The notes below the pieces were generated by a model, which was not told the origin of the DNA, ran no database searches, and worked only from the letters and a program-made list of their open reading frames with translations. A program made the position numbers and the translations under genes. DNA of 64,000 nucleotides, from NCBI GenBank assembly GCA_038918905.1, contig JBCKZS010000011.1, forward strand, positions 1,062-65,061. Reading direction: 5' to 3'. Positions within the stretch are counted from its first letter, which is position 1; the number at the start of each line of letters is the position of its first letter. This DNA is from Vicinamibacterales bacterium. Lineage in GTDB: Bacteria; Acidobacteriota; Vicinamibacteria; Vicinamibacterales; SCN-69-37. Positions 1 through 9,452 of this stretch are shown here, piece after piece.

Positions 1-21
1 ACCGACGCCGGGTGGGCGTCC

Positions 22-549
22 ATGATTCCCGTGGGACGCATCGTGCGGCCGCACGGAATTCGGGGACAGGTGGTCGTGGCGCCGGAAACGGACGTCGGCG
101 ACGAACGGTTTGCGACCGGCGTGTCGCTCTGGGGAAAGACTTCGCGGGGCGCGCCCGAGATCCTGACGGTGATCTCGGGGCGGCCACACCGGGAGCGGTG
201 GGTGATCGCGTTCGACGGGCTTGAGACGATGGAGGCGGCCGAACGGTGGCGCGGCGCGGAGTTGCGAATTGCCGCGGACGCGCTCAAGTCACTCGGCCCG
301 CGGGAGTATTACCTGCACGACCTCGTGGGATGCGCGGTCGTGACGACGGAGGGGGTGGCTGTGGGGGCGGTGCGCGCGGTGTATCCCGGCGCGGCGCACG
401 CGTTGCTGGGGATCGACAGCCCGCGGGGTGAAGTGCTGGTGCCGCTGGTGCCGGCGATTTGTCCGGACGTGGATGTGGTGGCCCGGCGCATCACCATCGC
501 GCCGCCCGAGGGGTTGCTGGAGGTGAACGCCGTGGAGCCGCGGTCGTGA
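22..549 (+). CDS. rimM: 16S rRNA processing protein RimM
   Basis: 175-aa ORF. N-terminal [13 protein letters not shown] motif typical of RimM. Conserved rimM-trmD-rplS order. Confidence 0.85.
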   Translation: MIPVGRIVRPHGIRGQVVVAPETDVGDERFATGVSLWGKTSRGAPEILTVISGRPHRERWVIAFDGLETMEAAERWRGAELRIAADALKSLGPREYYLHDLVGCAVVTTEGVAVGAVRAVYPGAAHALLGIDSPRGEVLVPLVPAICPDVDVVARRITIAPPEGLLEVNAVEPRS

Positions 550-1298
550 TGACGGTCGATATCGTCACGATCTTTCCGGCGATGGTGGACGCCATGCTGG
601 CCGAGGGCGTGGTGGGCCGGGCCAGCGCGCGGGGGGTGGTGGACGTGAAGGCGCGCGACCTGCGCGACTTCACGGACGACCGTCATCGGATGGTGGATGA
701 CATCCCGTACGGCGGTGGCCACGGAATGGTGCTCAAGCCCGAGCCGCTGTTTCGCGCGGTGGAGGCGATTACGGCCGAGCGGGGCGCCCCGTCGGCGGTG
801 GTGTTGATGAGCCCGCAGGGACGGCCGTTGTCGCACGCGGACGCCCAGCGGTTTGCCGGGATGGCGCGGCTGATCGTGTTGTGCGGGCGGTACGAAGGGG
901 TGGACGAGCGGGTCACCGCAACGCTCGTCACCGATGAAGTGTCCATCGGGGATTACGTGCTGACGGGCGGCGAGTTGCCGGCGTTGGTGCTGGTGGATGC
1001 GGTGGTACGGTTGGTGCCGGGCGTGGTGGGTGACGAGTCGTCGGTGCGGGAGGACTCGTTTGTGCGGGGACTGCTGGACCACCCGCACTACACGCGACCG
1101 GCGGAGTGTCGTGGGTTGGCGGTGCCTGAGGTGCTGCTGTCAGGACACCATGCGGCGATCGAGCAGTGGCGGTTGCGCCAGCGGGTGGCCCGGACACTCG
1201 CGCGGCGGCCGGAATTGCTGGACGCGGCGTCGTTGTCCGACGAGGAGCGACGAGCGCTGGCACAGTTGGTGGATGAGGGAAAGGAGCACAGCTCATGA
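549..1298 (+). CDS. trmD: tRNA (guanine37-N1)-methyltransferase TrmD
   Basis: [13 protein letters not shown] start and [12 protein letters not shown] motif. The ATG at 549 overlaps the rimM stop. The ORF-track start at 459 is judged too early. Confidence 0.9.
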   Translation: MTVDIVTIFPAMVDAMLAEGVVGRASARGVVDVKARDLRDFTDDRHRMVDDIPYGGGHGMVLKPEPLFRAVEAITAERGAPSAVVLMSPQGRPLSHADAQRFAGMARLIVLCGRYEGVDERVTATLVTDEVSIGDYVLTGGELPALVLVDAVVRLVPGVVGDESSVREDSFVRGLLDHPHYTRPAECRGLAVPEVLLSGHHAAIEQWRLRQRVARTLARRPELLDAASLSDEERRALAQLVDEGKEHSS

Positions 1299-1642
1299 AT
1301 GCGGTAGAGATGATCGAACAGGCGCACCTGGTGAACCGGCCGGCGATGCGGTCGGGCGACACGGTGCGGGTGCACGTCAAGGTGCGCGAAGGTGAGAAGG
1401 AGCGCATCCAGGTGTTTGAGGGACTGGTGATCGGGATGCATCGCGGCGGGTCGCGCGCGTCGTTCACCGTGCGCAAGGTGTCGTTCGGCCAGGGCGTGGA
1501 GCGTATCTTCCCGCTGCACTCGCCGGCGATCGACAAGATCGAAGTCGTGCGGAGTGCGAAGGTGCGTCGCGCGAAGCTGTACTACCTGCGGGAACTGCGC
1601 GGCAAGGCCGCCCGCATGCAAGAGAAGAAGCGCCCGGTCTGA
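1295..1642 (+). CDS. rplS: 50S ribosomal protein L19
   Basis: 115 aa with the [23 protein letters not shown] signature. ATGA overlap with trmD. Confidence 0.95.
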   Translation: MNAVEMIEQAHLVNRPAMRSGDTVRVHVKVREGEKERIQVFEGLVIGMHRGGSRASFTVRKVSFGQGVERIFPLHSPAIDKIEVVRSAKVRRAKLYYLRELRGKAARMQEKKRPV

Positions 1643-2284
1643 ATGCCACCACGAGCCGGAGCGTCGCGCGCGCTGGAGAATGCCGCGCGGCGCCTTGGTC
1701 TTGTGCACGTGGCAGGGGTGGACGAAGTGGGGCGGGGATGCCTCGCCGGGCCCGTCGTGGCCGGCGCGGTCATCCTCCATCCCGACCGTCACATCGCCGG
1801 ACTGGCCGACTCCAAGGCGCTTCGTCCCGACACCCGCGAGCGGCTGGCCGCGCAGATCGCGGCCGCAGCGGTGGCGTGGGCCGTCGCGGTGGTCGAGCCG
1901 GCGGAAATCGACCGCGTGAACATTCATCGCGCCTCGCTGCAGGCGATGCGCCAGGCGCTGATGGCCCTCGTGCCGCTGCCCAGCCTGGCGCTGGTCGACG
2001 GCACGTTCCTGATTCCCGGGCTGGTGCTCCCCCAGCGCGCGCTGGTCGGAGGCGACCGGCGCGTGTCGGCCATTGCCGCGGCGTCCATTGTCGCGAAAGT
2101 TGCCCGCGACCGGCTGATGGCCAGCCTCCACGAGCGGGATCCCCGTTATGGGTTCGACCGGCACAAAGGCTACGCGACGGCCGATCATCTGGCCGCCGTG
2201 GCCCGATTCGGATACTCCGACGCCCACCGGCGGACATTTCGGCCACCGACCCTTTTCGATCTCTCTGATACGATGGCGGACTAG
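1643..2284 (+). CDS. rnhB: ribonuclease HII
   Basis: GVDEVGRGCLAGPVV active-site motif. 213 aa. Confidence 0.9.
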   Translation: MPPRAGASRALENAARRLGLVHVAGVDEVGRGCLAGPVVAGAVILHPDRHIAGLADSKALRPDTRERLAAQIAAAAVAWAVAVVEPAEIDRVNIHRASLQAMRQALMALVPLPSLALVDGTFLIPGLVLPQRALVGGDRRVSAIAAASIVAKVARDRLMASLHERDPRYGFDRHKGYATADHLAAVARFGYSDAHRRTFRPPTLFDLSDTMAD

Positions 2285-2370
2285 CGAGCCGCGTCGGAGT
2301 TTCCCCAATCCGCTTCTTCACTCGTCTTCTCGTCGCCGCGTATCTCATCAAGGCCGGATTCCTGCTGGCC

Positions 2371-2556
2371 GTGGCCCCATGGACGTTGTTGTGGGAACGC
2401 AACTACTTCGGGGCTCTCTGGCCGTGGCTCGGTGTGTGGATGGCGAATTTCTACGTGCGTGGCGCCGTGACGGGCGTGGGTCTGGTGACCGTCTGGGTCG
2501 GCGTGCGTGCTTTGGCCTCGGCGATCGCGGGCCGGCGGTCGGCACCGAAGCCATGA
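2371..2556 (+). CDS. small hydrophobic protein (hypothetical)
   Basis: 61-aa ORF with Trp-rich hydrophobic segments. Its TGA overlaps the ATG of the next gene (ATGA). In-frame hydrophobic sequence continues upstream without a canonical start. Confidence 0.3.
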   Translation: MAPWTLLWERNYFGALWPWLGVWMANFYVRGAVTGVGLVTVWVGVRALASAIAGRRSAPKP

Positions 2557-3218
2557 CGGTGTGTCTCGTCACCGACCGGCAGCGGCTGTGTCCGGGTGCG
2601 CGGACGGAGCGAGCGGCGGTGTCCGCGTTGGTGGCGTGGTTGACCGAGGCGGTGGAGGCGGGCGTTGATCTGATTCAGATCCGCGAGCGCGACTTGTCGG
2701 CTCGTGCGCTGCGGACGGTGGCGTGGGAAGTGACCGCGGTGGCGGCCGGGGGCCGCACCCGGGTGCTCGTGAACGACCGCGCGGATGTCGCGCTGGCGGC
2801 CGGGTGTGCGGGTGTTCATCTTCGGGGGGACAGCCCACCGGCCAGCCGGGTGCGGCGTGTGGGGCCGGCGTCGTGGCTGGTGAGCCGGGCGGTGCACGAC
2901 GAGGCGGACCTGGCGGACCTGGGCCCGGTGGACCTCGCAGTGTTCGGCGCGGTGTTTCCAACGGGGACCAAACCCGCGCGCGGTCTGGAGGCGTTGCGGC
3001 GCGTGGCGGCGCGCTGCGGCGTGCCGGTGCTCGCGATTGGCGGGGTGACCGCCGACAACGCCGCCGCGTGCCTGGCGGCGGGCGCGGCGGGGGTGGCGGC
3101 GATTTCGATCTTCCTTCCCGAAGGGGGTGCCCCTGGGGCGCTTGGGGTGCGGCGGGCCGTGACGCGGCTTCGTGCGGCGATTGACCCTGCGTCAACGCGT
3201 CCTCTACAGTTACGGTGA
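2553..3218 (+). CDS. thiamine-phosphate synthase family protein (ThiE/TenI-like paralogue)
   Basis: MTVCLVTDR start, GVDLIQIRERDL, VLVNDRADVA and AIGGV motifs of the TMP-TENI fold. Only the last 221 aa of the 356-aa ORF look coding. Confidence 0.7.
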   Translation: MTVCLVTDRQRLCPGARTERAAVSALVAWLTEAVEAGVDLIQIRERDLSARALRTVAWEVTAVAAGGRTRVLVNDRADVALAAGCAGVHLRGDSPPASRVRRVGPASWLVSRAVHDEADLADLGPVDLAVFGAVFPTGTKPARGLEALRRVAARCGVPVLAIGGVTADNAAACLAAGAAGVAAISIFLPEGGAPGALGVRRAVTRLRAAIDPASTRPLQLR

Positions 3219-3229
3219 TAGATAGCCAC

Positions 3230-4105
3230 ATGAGCGACTTCGGAGCACAGCTCAAACAAGCGCGTGAACATCGGGGCATTTCCCTGCGGCAGATCGCCAC
3301 GTCCACGAAGATCTCGATCGTGGCGCTGGAGGCGCTGGAGCGGGGCGACCTCACGCGGTTGCCCGGCGGCATCTTCAGCCGCGCGTTCGTGCGCGCGTAT
3401 GCGCTCGAGGTCGGGTTGGACCCGGACGCGATCGTCAACCAGTTCCTCGCCGAACTCGGCGTGCTGGCCGAGCGTCGCGACGACCAGGCGCCGCGACCGG
3501 AGGTGACCGCCGACGACCGCGCCTTTCTCGAGCGGCAACGCAAGGCCTGGCTGGCGTTGCGCGTGGGGGTGGTCGTGCTGGTGCTGCTGGTGATCCTGGC
3601 GATCGTCAGTTGGCAGGTGGCGTGGCGCGGCGACGCCTCAGGGCCCGGGACCGCGCCCTCCGCGGCCTCCTCACCGTCCCCCTCGACCTCCACACCGGCG
3701 TCCGACGCCGAGGCGGCCACGCCAGGACCGTCGGTCGTGCCGCCCGCGTCGGCGCCAACCACGGCGCGCCTGACGGTCGAAATCGTCGCGTCCGACCGTT
3801 GTTGGGTGCAGGTGACCACGGATGGGTCGGTCGTGCCGGCGCGCGAGTTCGCCGCTGGCGATCGTCAGCGATTCGAGGCGAACAGGGAAGTCATCCTGCA
3901 GGTCGGCAGCGCCGGCGCGATCCGGTGGACCATCAATGGCCGCGCCGCGCGCTCGCTGGGGCAACTGGGCGAAGTGAAAACCGTCCGGGTGTCCGCCGGG
4001 AACCTGTCGGAGTTCCTCCAGGAGCCGGACGCATCGGCGACAGGCTCACCCTCAGTCCTTCTTCTTCAATCGAACAGTCGAGTACCTGCGCGCCGGCTGA
4101 GGTGA
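3230..4105 (+). CDS. RodZ-like cytoskeleton protein (XRE-type HTH, TM segment, DUF4115-like C-terminus)
   Basis: N-terminal HTH (GISLRQIATSTKISIVALEALERGD), one TM helix, a Pro/Ser/Ala linker and a C-terminal CWVQVTTDG...INGR beta domain. Confidence 0.7.
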   Translation: MSDFGAQLKQAREHRGISLRQIATSTKISIVALEALERGDLTRLPGGIFSRAFVRAYALEVGLDPDAIVNQFLAELGVLAERRDDQAPRPEVTADDRAFLERQRKAWLALRVGVVVLVLLVILAIVSWQVAWRGDASGPGTAPSAASSPSPSTSTPASDAEAATPGPSVVPPASAPTTARLTVEIVASDRCWVQVTTDGSVVPAREFAAGDRQRFEANREVILQVGSAGAIRWTINGRAARSLGQLGEVKTVRVSAGNLSEFLQEPDASATGSPSVLLLQSNSRVPARRLR

Positions 4106-5069
4106 GCGCGTGGGCGACGTCGGCCTTGCGATCGGGTTCGACCAGGCAGAACAGACAGCCGCCGCCTCCGGCCCCGCAGACCTTGCCGGCCGAAGCGCCG
4201 GCCGCGCGAGCGGCGGCGAGCAACCCGTCAATCTCTGGCGTCGTCACTCCAGGTGCCAGTCGCATCCGGCAGTGCCATTCGGCGGCGAGGTGTCGCCCGG
4301 CCGCGTCCCAGTCGCCTGACGACAACGCCGCGCGCATGCCGGCGGCTGCGTCGCGAATGCCGTTGAACGCCGCGATGACCTGCGGGTCGCCGTCGATCCG
4401 GCGCTTCATCACGTCCCAGTTGTTGATGCCGGACTGGCGCGACGCGCCGGTGTAGGCGACGACGATGCGTGAGGAGAGGGCGGCGGCAGAGACCGGCAGG
4501 GCCACGCGTGTGACCCCAGTGGCGCGCAGCTCGACCGCCGAGACGCCGCCGTACAACGCCGGCCGATAGTCCTGCGCTCCGGTCGGCACGCGGATGACCT
4601 GGGTTTCCACGTTCATCGCGATCGCCAGCAACTCGTCGTCAGTCAGCGTGCGATCGGTCCAGGCCGCGAGGGCGGCAGCCAGGGCCACGTGCATCGCCGA
4701 CGAGCCGGCAATGCCGGCGCCCACAGGCGAGTCTGACCGCGTGGTGACCTCGAGACCTCCATGGCCGGCGATGGCGCGCCCGGGATGTGGCCAGACGTCA
4801 GCGGCCAGAAACAGGTGAACGAGACGCGCGACGAGCGGCAGGCGATCGAGATCCAGATCGCGAACCGAGAGGGCTTCGACGCGTTCGCCCGTGTCGTCCG
4901 ACCGAAGGACGATCCGGCCATCGGCGCGCGACTGCAGCGTGCAGAAGGCGCGCAGGCTCAACGCCGCGTTGATCGTCTGCGCGCCGTCGTGAAAAAGATA
5001 GAGGGGCCAGATGTCAAACGTGCCGCCCGCGAGGTCGATGCGGGTCGGCGCCGAGGAGTCGATGCGCAC
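3933..5069 (-). CDS. GHMP-family sugar kinase (substrate unknown)
   Basis: RIDLAGGTFDIWP N-terminus and SPVGAGIAGSSAM GHMP motif II. GTG start at 5069. Confidence 0.75.
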   Translation of the reverse strand: MRIDSSAPTRIDLAGGTFDIWPLYLFHDGAQTINAALSLRAFCTLQSRADGRIVLRSDDTGERVEALSVRDLDLDRLPLVARLVHLFLAADVWPHPGRAIAGHGGLEVTTRSDSPVGAGIAGSSAMHVALAAALAAWTDRTLTDDELLAIAMNVETQVIRVPTGAQDYRPALYGGVSAVELRATGVTRVALPVSAAALSSRIVVAYTGASRQSGINNWDVMKRRIDGDPQVIAAFNGIRDAAAGMRAALSSGDWDAAGRHLAAEWHCRMRLAPGVTTPEIDGLLAAARAAGASAGKVCGAGGGGCLFCLVEPDRKADVAHALTSAGAQVLDCSIEEEGLRVSLSPMRPAPGGTPTGSRRTPGRFSLRPVAPASARRGH

Positions 5070-5073
5070 GCGG

Positions 5074-5083
5074 CATTATAATG
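5074..5083. promoter_or_regulatory. palindromic CATTATAATG placing a TATAAT box on each strand of a 21-bp divergent spacer
   Basis: TATAAT at 5077-5082 (+) lies 8 nt before the nagZ ATG at 5091. TATAAT at 5080-5075 (-) lies 5 nt before the kinase GTG at 5069. No SD fits in the spacer. Confidence 0.4.
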
Positions 5084-5090
5084 GCGGCAC

Positions 5091-6173
5091 ATGTCGCTTC
5101 GTAATCTCCGGCGTGAGGTGGGACAGTTGGCCATCGTCGGATTCCCCGGCCATACGGTGCCGGACGATCTGAAGCGGGTGGCGTCAGCCTTTGACCTGGG
5201 GGGCGTGATTTACTTCGCCCGCAACGTGGCCGAGCCGGCGCAGGTGGCCGAGTTGTCGCGGGAGGCGGCGAGCCTGGCCCGTGAGTGGCCGCTCTGGATC
5301 AGCGTGGATCAGGAAGGCGGACGTGTCGCGAGGTTCCGGCGGCCGTTTACGGAGTGGCCGCCGATGCGCACACTCGGCCGCGGCGGCGATGAGGCGTTGG
5401 CTGAGGCGTGCGCGACGGCCCTCGCCGCGGAACTGCGCGCGGTCGGGGTCAACCTCGACTACACCCCGGTCCTCGATATCCACACGAACCCGAAGAACCC
5501 CATCATCGGCGATCGCGCGCTGGGCGACACCCCGGAGGTGGCCGCGCGTTTTGGCAGCGCCCTCGTCAGGGCATTGCACCGCGGTGGCGTGGTGGCGTGC
5601 GGCAAACACTTTCCCGGGCACGGCGACACCAGCACCGATTCGCACCTGGAACTGCCCGTGGTGGAGCATCCCCCTGACCGGCTGGAGGCCGTCGAGTTCG
5701 TACCGTTCAAGGCGGCGATCGCCGCCGGCCTGGCGACGATCATGACCGCGCACGTGCTGGTGCCGGCGCTCGATCCCGACCGCCCTGCGACGCTGTCGAG
5801 GCCGATCGTGGAAGGCGTGCTGAAGGGATCGCTGGGCTTTGAGGGCCTGGTGATCAGCGATGATCTTGGCATGCAGGCCGTGAGTGACGCCTGGCCGCTG
5901 CCTGAAGCAATGGTCGCCGCGCTGCAGGCCGGGTGTGACGCGGTGTTGTTGTGCCACTCGACGATCGACGACCAGATGGCCGCACTCGAGGCCGTGATTC
6001 ACGCCGTCGAGTCTGGCGAACTGCCGCTGGCGCGCGTCGAGGATGCGCTGGCCCGCCAGCGCAACGTGAAGACCCGTTTCGCGGACGTGATGCGGCCCGT
6101 GACCGGGGACCTGTCGATCATCGGGCAGGACGCGCATCAGGCGATCGCCCGGCGCATGGCGGCGTGGCTGTGA
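5091..6173 (+). CDS. nagZ: beta-N-acetylhexosaminidase NagZ (GH3)
   Basis: VDQEGGRVARF and KHFPGHGDTSTDSH motifs. 360 aa. Confidence 0.9.
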   Translation: MSLRNLRREVGQLAIVGFPGHTVPDDLKRVASAFDLGGVIYFARNVAEPAQVAELSREAASLAREWPLWISVDQEGGRVARFRRPFTEWPPMRTLGRGGDEALAEACATALAAELRAVGVNLDYTPVLDIHTNPKNPIIGDRALGDTPEVAARFGSALVRALHRGGVVACGKHFPGHGDTSTDSHLELPVVEHPPDRLEAVEFVPFKAAIAAGLATIMTAHVLVPALDPDRPATLSRPIVEGVLKGSLGFEGLVISDDLGMQAVSDAWPLPEAMVAALQAGCDAVLLCHSTIDDQMAALEAVIHAVESGELPLARVEDALARQRNVKTRFADVMRPVTGDLSIIGQDAHQAIARRMAAWL

Positions 6174-7129
6174 GCACGCGGACACGCGCGGGGCTTCGGA
6201 AAGTGCGTCCCGTCGGCCCCGGCAGCCGTGTGCAGCTTGTGGCCCCCGCCAGCCCGTTCGACCGCGCCGACTTCGACGCGGGGCTGGCCGAGTTGCGACG
6301 GCTCGATCTGGAGCCGGTGTTTGATGCACGCGTCTTCGAACGGCAGGACTACGTCGCCGGAAGCGCCGCGTCGCGCGTGGCCCAGTTGGTGGAGGCCTGG
6401 CGCCGCCCCGACATCGATTTGCTGCTGGCCGTGCGAGGCGGGTACGGGTGCATCCAGATGCTGCCGTTGCTCTCGAGCGCTGCGCTCACCGGCGACGCGC
6501 CGGCTGGCGTGTGTGGGTACAGCGACATCACGTCCCTCCATGTGTGGCTGGGGTGCCACGCGGGCGTGGCGTCGATTCACGGCCCCATGGTCGACCGTCG
6601 CCTCGCGGTCGGGCCGGCCGCGTACGACGCAGTGACGTTCCTGCGCAGTGTGTCGTCCACGCCTCTGGGGGAGCTGACGCCTGAGGGACTGGAGCCGCTG
6701 GTGCGTGGCGAGGCGGCCGGACCGCTGTTTGGCGGCACGTTGACGCAACTGCTGGCCTCGCTCGGCACGCCGTTCGCGTTTGATCCGCCACAGGGGTACG
6801 TGCTCTTTCTGGACGAGGTGGGGGAACGGCCGTATCGCCTCGACCGCATGCTGGTGCAGGCCCAACAGGCCGGACTGCTGGCGCGGGCGTCAGCGGTGAT
6901 CGTGGGGCAATTGCCGCGGTGCGATGAACCTGACGGGACGATCACGGCGCGCCGCGTGGTGGCCGAGACCCTCAAGGAGTTCCCTGGCCCCGTCCTGTTC
7001 GGGTTTCCGTCCGGGCACACCACCACGCCCCTGGTCACGTTGCCGTTCGGGGTGCACACGCGGGTCGTGGCCGGAGCGCGGCCGGCGGTGGTCGTTGAGG
7101 AGTCACCGGTGCTGGGGAGTCAGCCATGA
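6170..7129 (+). CDS. ldcA: muramoyltetrapeptide LD-carboxypeptidase (peptidase S66)
   Basis: VQLVAPASPF, VAGSAASRVAQL, AVRGGYG and FGFPSGHT motifs. The GTG at 6170 overlaps the nagZ stop. Confidence 0.85.
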   Translation: MSTRTRAGLRKVRPVGPGSRVQLVAPASPFDRADFDAGLAELRRLDLEPVFDARVFERQDYVAGSAASRVAQLVEAWRRPDIDLLLAVRGGYGCIQMLPLLSSAALTGDAPAGVCGYSDITSLHVWLGCHAGVASIHGPMVDRRLAVGPAAYDAVTFLRSVSSTPLGELTPEGLEPLVRGEAAGPLFGGTLTQLLASLGTPFAFDPPQGYVLFLDEVGERPYRLDRMLVQAQQAGLLARASAVIVGQLPRCDEPDGTITARRVVAETLKEFPGPVLFGFPSGHTTTPLVTLPFGVHTRVVAGARPAVVVEESPVLGSQP

Positions 7130-8523
7130 AGCGCGTGCACTTCATCGGCGTCTGCGGCACCGCCATGGCCACGCTGGCCGCGATGTTGAAGGCCCGGGGG
7201 TTCGACGTGCAGGGGTCCGACCACGGCGTCTACCCGCCGATGAGCGAGTTTCTGGCGCGGGAGCACATCCGGGTGTTCGACGGCTACCGGGCGGACCAGA
7301 TCACCGGCGACATCGGCACGGTGATCGTCGGCAACGCGATTTCGCGCGGGAACGTGGAACTGGAAGCGGTGCTCGACCGGAAGGTGCGGTACCTCTCGCT
7401 GCCTGAGGCGATTCGCGAGCACTTCCTGTGGGACCGCCGGTCGATTGTCATCGCGGGCACCCATGGCAAGACGACCACGACATCGCTGGCGGCCTGGTTG
7501 CTCACGTCGGCGGGCGCCGATCCGAGCCTGCTGGTGGGCGGCATCGCCAACAACTTCAATGGCAGTTATCGCCTCGGCAGCGGCCGCGACTTCGTGATCG
7601 AGGGTGACGAGTACGACAGCGCGTTTTTCGACAAGACCGCGAAGTTTCTGAAATACCTGCCCGACATTGCCGTCATCGGCAACGTGGAGTACGACCACGC
7701 CGACATCTACCCCGACATGGAGTCGCTGCGCACGGCGTTCCGGCGCCTGGTCAATCTGATTCCGCGGCACGGCCGGTTGATTCTCGGCGCCGACTGCCCG
7801 GAAGCCAGTCGCCTGGCCCGACTCGCGCCGTCGCCCGTCGAGACCTTTGGCTTTGCCCCCAATGCCGACTGGCGGGTGGCTTGCGTGGAGCCACGGGGCG
7901 ACCGCACCCGATTCGAACTGACGCACCACGGCGAGCCGTTGGGACACTTCGAGGTGTCGCTGTATGGCGAGCACAACGTGCGAAACGCGGTCGCCGCCAT
8001 CGCGGTGGGGCACGCCGCGGGGATCGCCCCGGATTCGTTGCGTGAAGGCCTGCGGTCGTTTACCGGCGTGCGGCGGCGCCTCGAGCAACGTGGCGAGGCG
8101 AACGGCGTGTCGGTGTACGACGACTTCGCCCATCACCCGACCGCCATCCTCGAGACGATTCGCGCGATCAGGACGACCCACCCCGACGGGCGCGTGTGGG
8201 CCGTGTTCGAGCCGCGTTCGGCCACCTCGTGCCGGCGGGTGTTCCAGGACGACTTCCTGCGCGCGTTCGACGAGTCGGGCGCCGACGAGGTCATTCTGGC
8301 TTCCGTGTTCCGGGCCTCGCTGCCCGACGACGAGCGCCTGGACGTGGACGCGATTGTCGCGGCGTTGCGGCAGCGCGGACGGCAGGCCCGGCACCTGCCC
8401 GGCGTGCCGGAAATTGTTGCGGCGATCGCCAGCGAGGCCGCGCCGGGTGACATCGTGGTGCTCATGTCGAACGGCGGCTTTGATGGCATTCACGACAAAC
8501 TTCTGGCGGCGCTGGCAGCGTAA
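7126..8523 (+). CDS. mpl: UDP-N-acetylmuramate:L-alanyl-gamma-D-glutamyl-meso-DAP ligase
   Basis: MKRVHFIGVCGTAMATLAAML N-terminus and GTHGKTTTTS P-loop, in Mur-ligase architecture. ATGA overlap with ldcA. Confidence 0.9.
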   Translation: MKRVHFIGVCGTAMATLAAMLKARGFDVQGSDHGVYPPMSEFLAREHIRVFDGYRADQITGDIGTVIVGNAISRGNVELEAVLDRKVRYLSLPEAIREHFLWDRRSIVIAGTHGKTTTTSLAAWLLTSAGADPSLLVGGIANNFNGSYRLGSGRDFVIEGDEYDSAFFDKTAKFLKYLPDIAVIGNVEYDHADIYPDMESLRTAFRRLVNLIPRHGRLILGADCPEASRLARLAPSPVETFGFAPNADWRVACVEPRGDRTRFELTHHGEPLGHFEVSLYGEHNVRNAVAAIAVGHAAGIAPDSLREGLRSFTGVRRRLEQRGEANGVSVYDDFAHHPTAILETIRAIRTTHPDGRVWAVFEPRSATSCRRVFQDDFLRAFDESGADEVILASVFRASLPDDERLDVDAIVAALRQRGRQARHLPGVPEIVAAIASEAAPGDIVVLMSNGGFDGIHDKLLAALAA

Positions 8524-8525
8524 TC

Positions 8526-9452
8526 GTGCGTGCATCCCTGGCCGCCATCGTCGGTCCGTCGCGTGTTCATGCGCAGGCGCCGTTGGGGCCGTTGACGACT
8601 TTTGGTGTCGGGGGACCCGCCGACTGGCTGGTTGAGGTGCGGTCGGTCGGCGAACTGCAGTCGGTGATCGCGCTGGCGCGCGCGGCCGGACAACCCGTGC
8701 ACGTGTTGGGTGGTGGCTCGAACGTGCTGGTGTCGGACCGCGGCGTGCGGGGTGTCGTGGTGCGGGTGAAACTGACCGGCGTGGCGCAGGTCGGCCCGGG
8801 AACGGTGCGTGCCGAGGCGGGACTCACCATCAACGGGCTCGTCCGGTGGCTCGTGGGGCGCGGCCTGGCGGGACTTGAGGCGTGGGCCGGCACCCCGGGC
8901 ACGGTCGGCGGCGCGATCCACGGCAACGCGCACTACGGGGGGCAGAACATCAGCGACTGTGTGACCGGCGTGGGGCTCATCACCCCGGACGGCGAGGGGC
9001 GGGACGTGCCAGCCTCGGCGATGGGGTTTGGGTACGACACGAGCCGATTGTTCGAGACGAGGGAGATTGTCGTGTGGGCGGACGTTGCCGTGCGCCCGGG
9101 TGACCCCGAGGAGCTGCGCGCGGTGGCGCGCGTATCGTTGGCGCACAGGAAGCAGACGCAGCCGCTGCACCTGCCGAGCGCCGGCTGCGTGTTTCAGAAT
9201 CCCGATCCGGCGCGCGATCGCGTGCCCGACGGCGTGCCCTGGTCGGCCGGGGCGCTGGTGGATCGCGCGGGGCTCAGGGGCGCGAGGGTGGGGGGCGCGC
9301 AGGTCTCCACCACCCACGCCAACTTCATCGTCGCGGATCGATCGGCCACCGCGTCAGACGTCCGCGCGCTGATCGACCAGGCGCGTGAGGCCGTTCGGGC
9401 CCGGTTCGGTGTCCAACTCAGGGAAGAGATTGTGTACCTCGGAGACTTCTGA
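8526..9452 (+). CDS. murB: UDP-N-acetylenolpyruvoylglucosamine reductase
   Basis: FAD-binding PLGPLTTFGVGGPADW and GGGSNVLV motifs. AGCVFQNP near the C-terminus. Confidence 0.9.
   Translation: MRASLAAIVGPSRVHAQAPLGPLTTFGVGGPADWLVEVRSVGELQSVIALARAAGQPVHVLGGGSNVLVSDRGVRGVVVRVKLTGVAQVGPGTVRAEAGLTINGLVRWLVGRGLAGLEAWAGTPGTVGGAIHGNAHYGGQNISDCVTGVGLITPDGEGRDVPASAMGFGYDTSRLFETREIVVWADVAVRPGDPEELRAVARVSLAHRKQTQPLHLPSAGCVFQNPDPARDRVPDGVPWSAGALVDRAGLRGARVGGAQVSTTHANFIVADRSATASDVRALIDQAREAVRARFGVQLREEIVYLGDF

Noticed and set aside
3933-4105. The 173-bp convergent overlap of the RodZ-like and GHMP kinase genes might be a functional antisense arrangement. Similar overlaps occur at folD/coaE (72 bp) and hicB/nmrA (68 bp).
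   Set aside because: In each case the recognisable domains end before the overlap. The overlapping tails are low-complexity sequence that simply runs to the next chance stop, which is common in GC-rich genomes. No structure or conservation argument could be made from the sequence alone.
7120-8535. Long antisense ORFs mirror real genes. Examples are 7120-8535(-), 1088-2308(-), 5184-6329(-), 36600-38018(+), 44792-45658(+), 52011-53060(+) and 56989-58776(-).
   Set aside because: Each overlaps a gene with clear family motifs on the other strand. Each translates to Arg/Gly/His/Pro-rich sequence with no recognisable domain. These are the expected stop-codon-poor shadow frames of GC-rich DNA.
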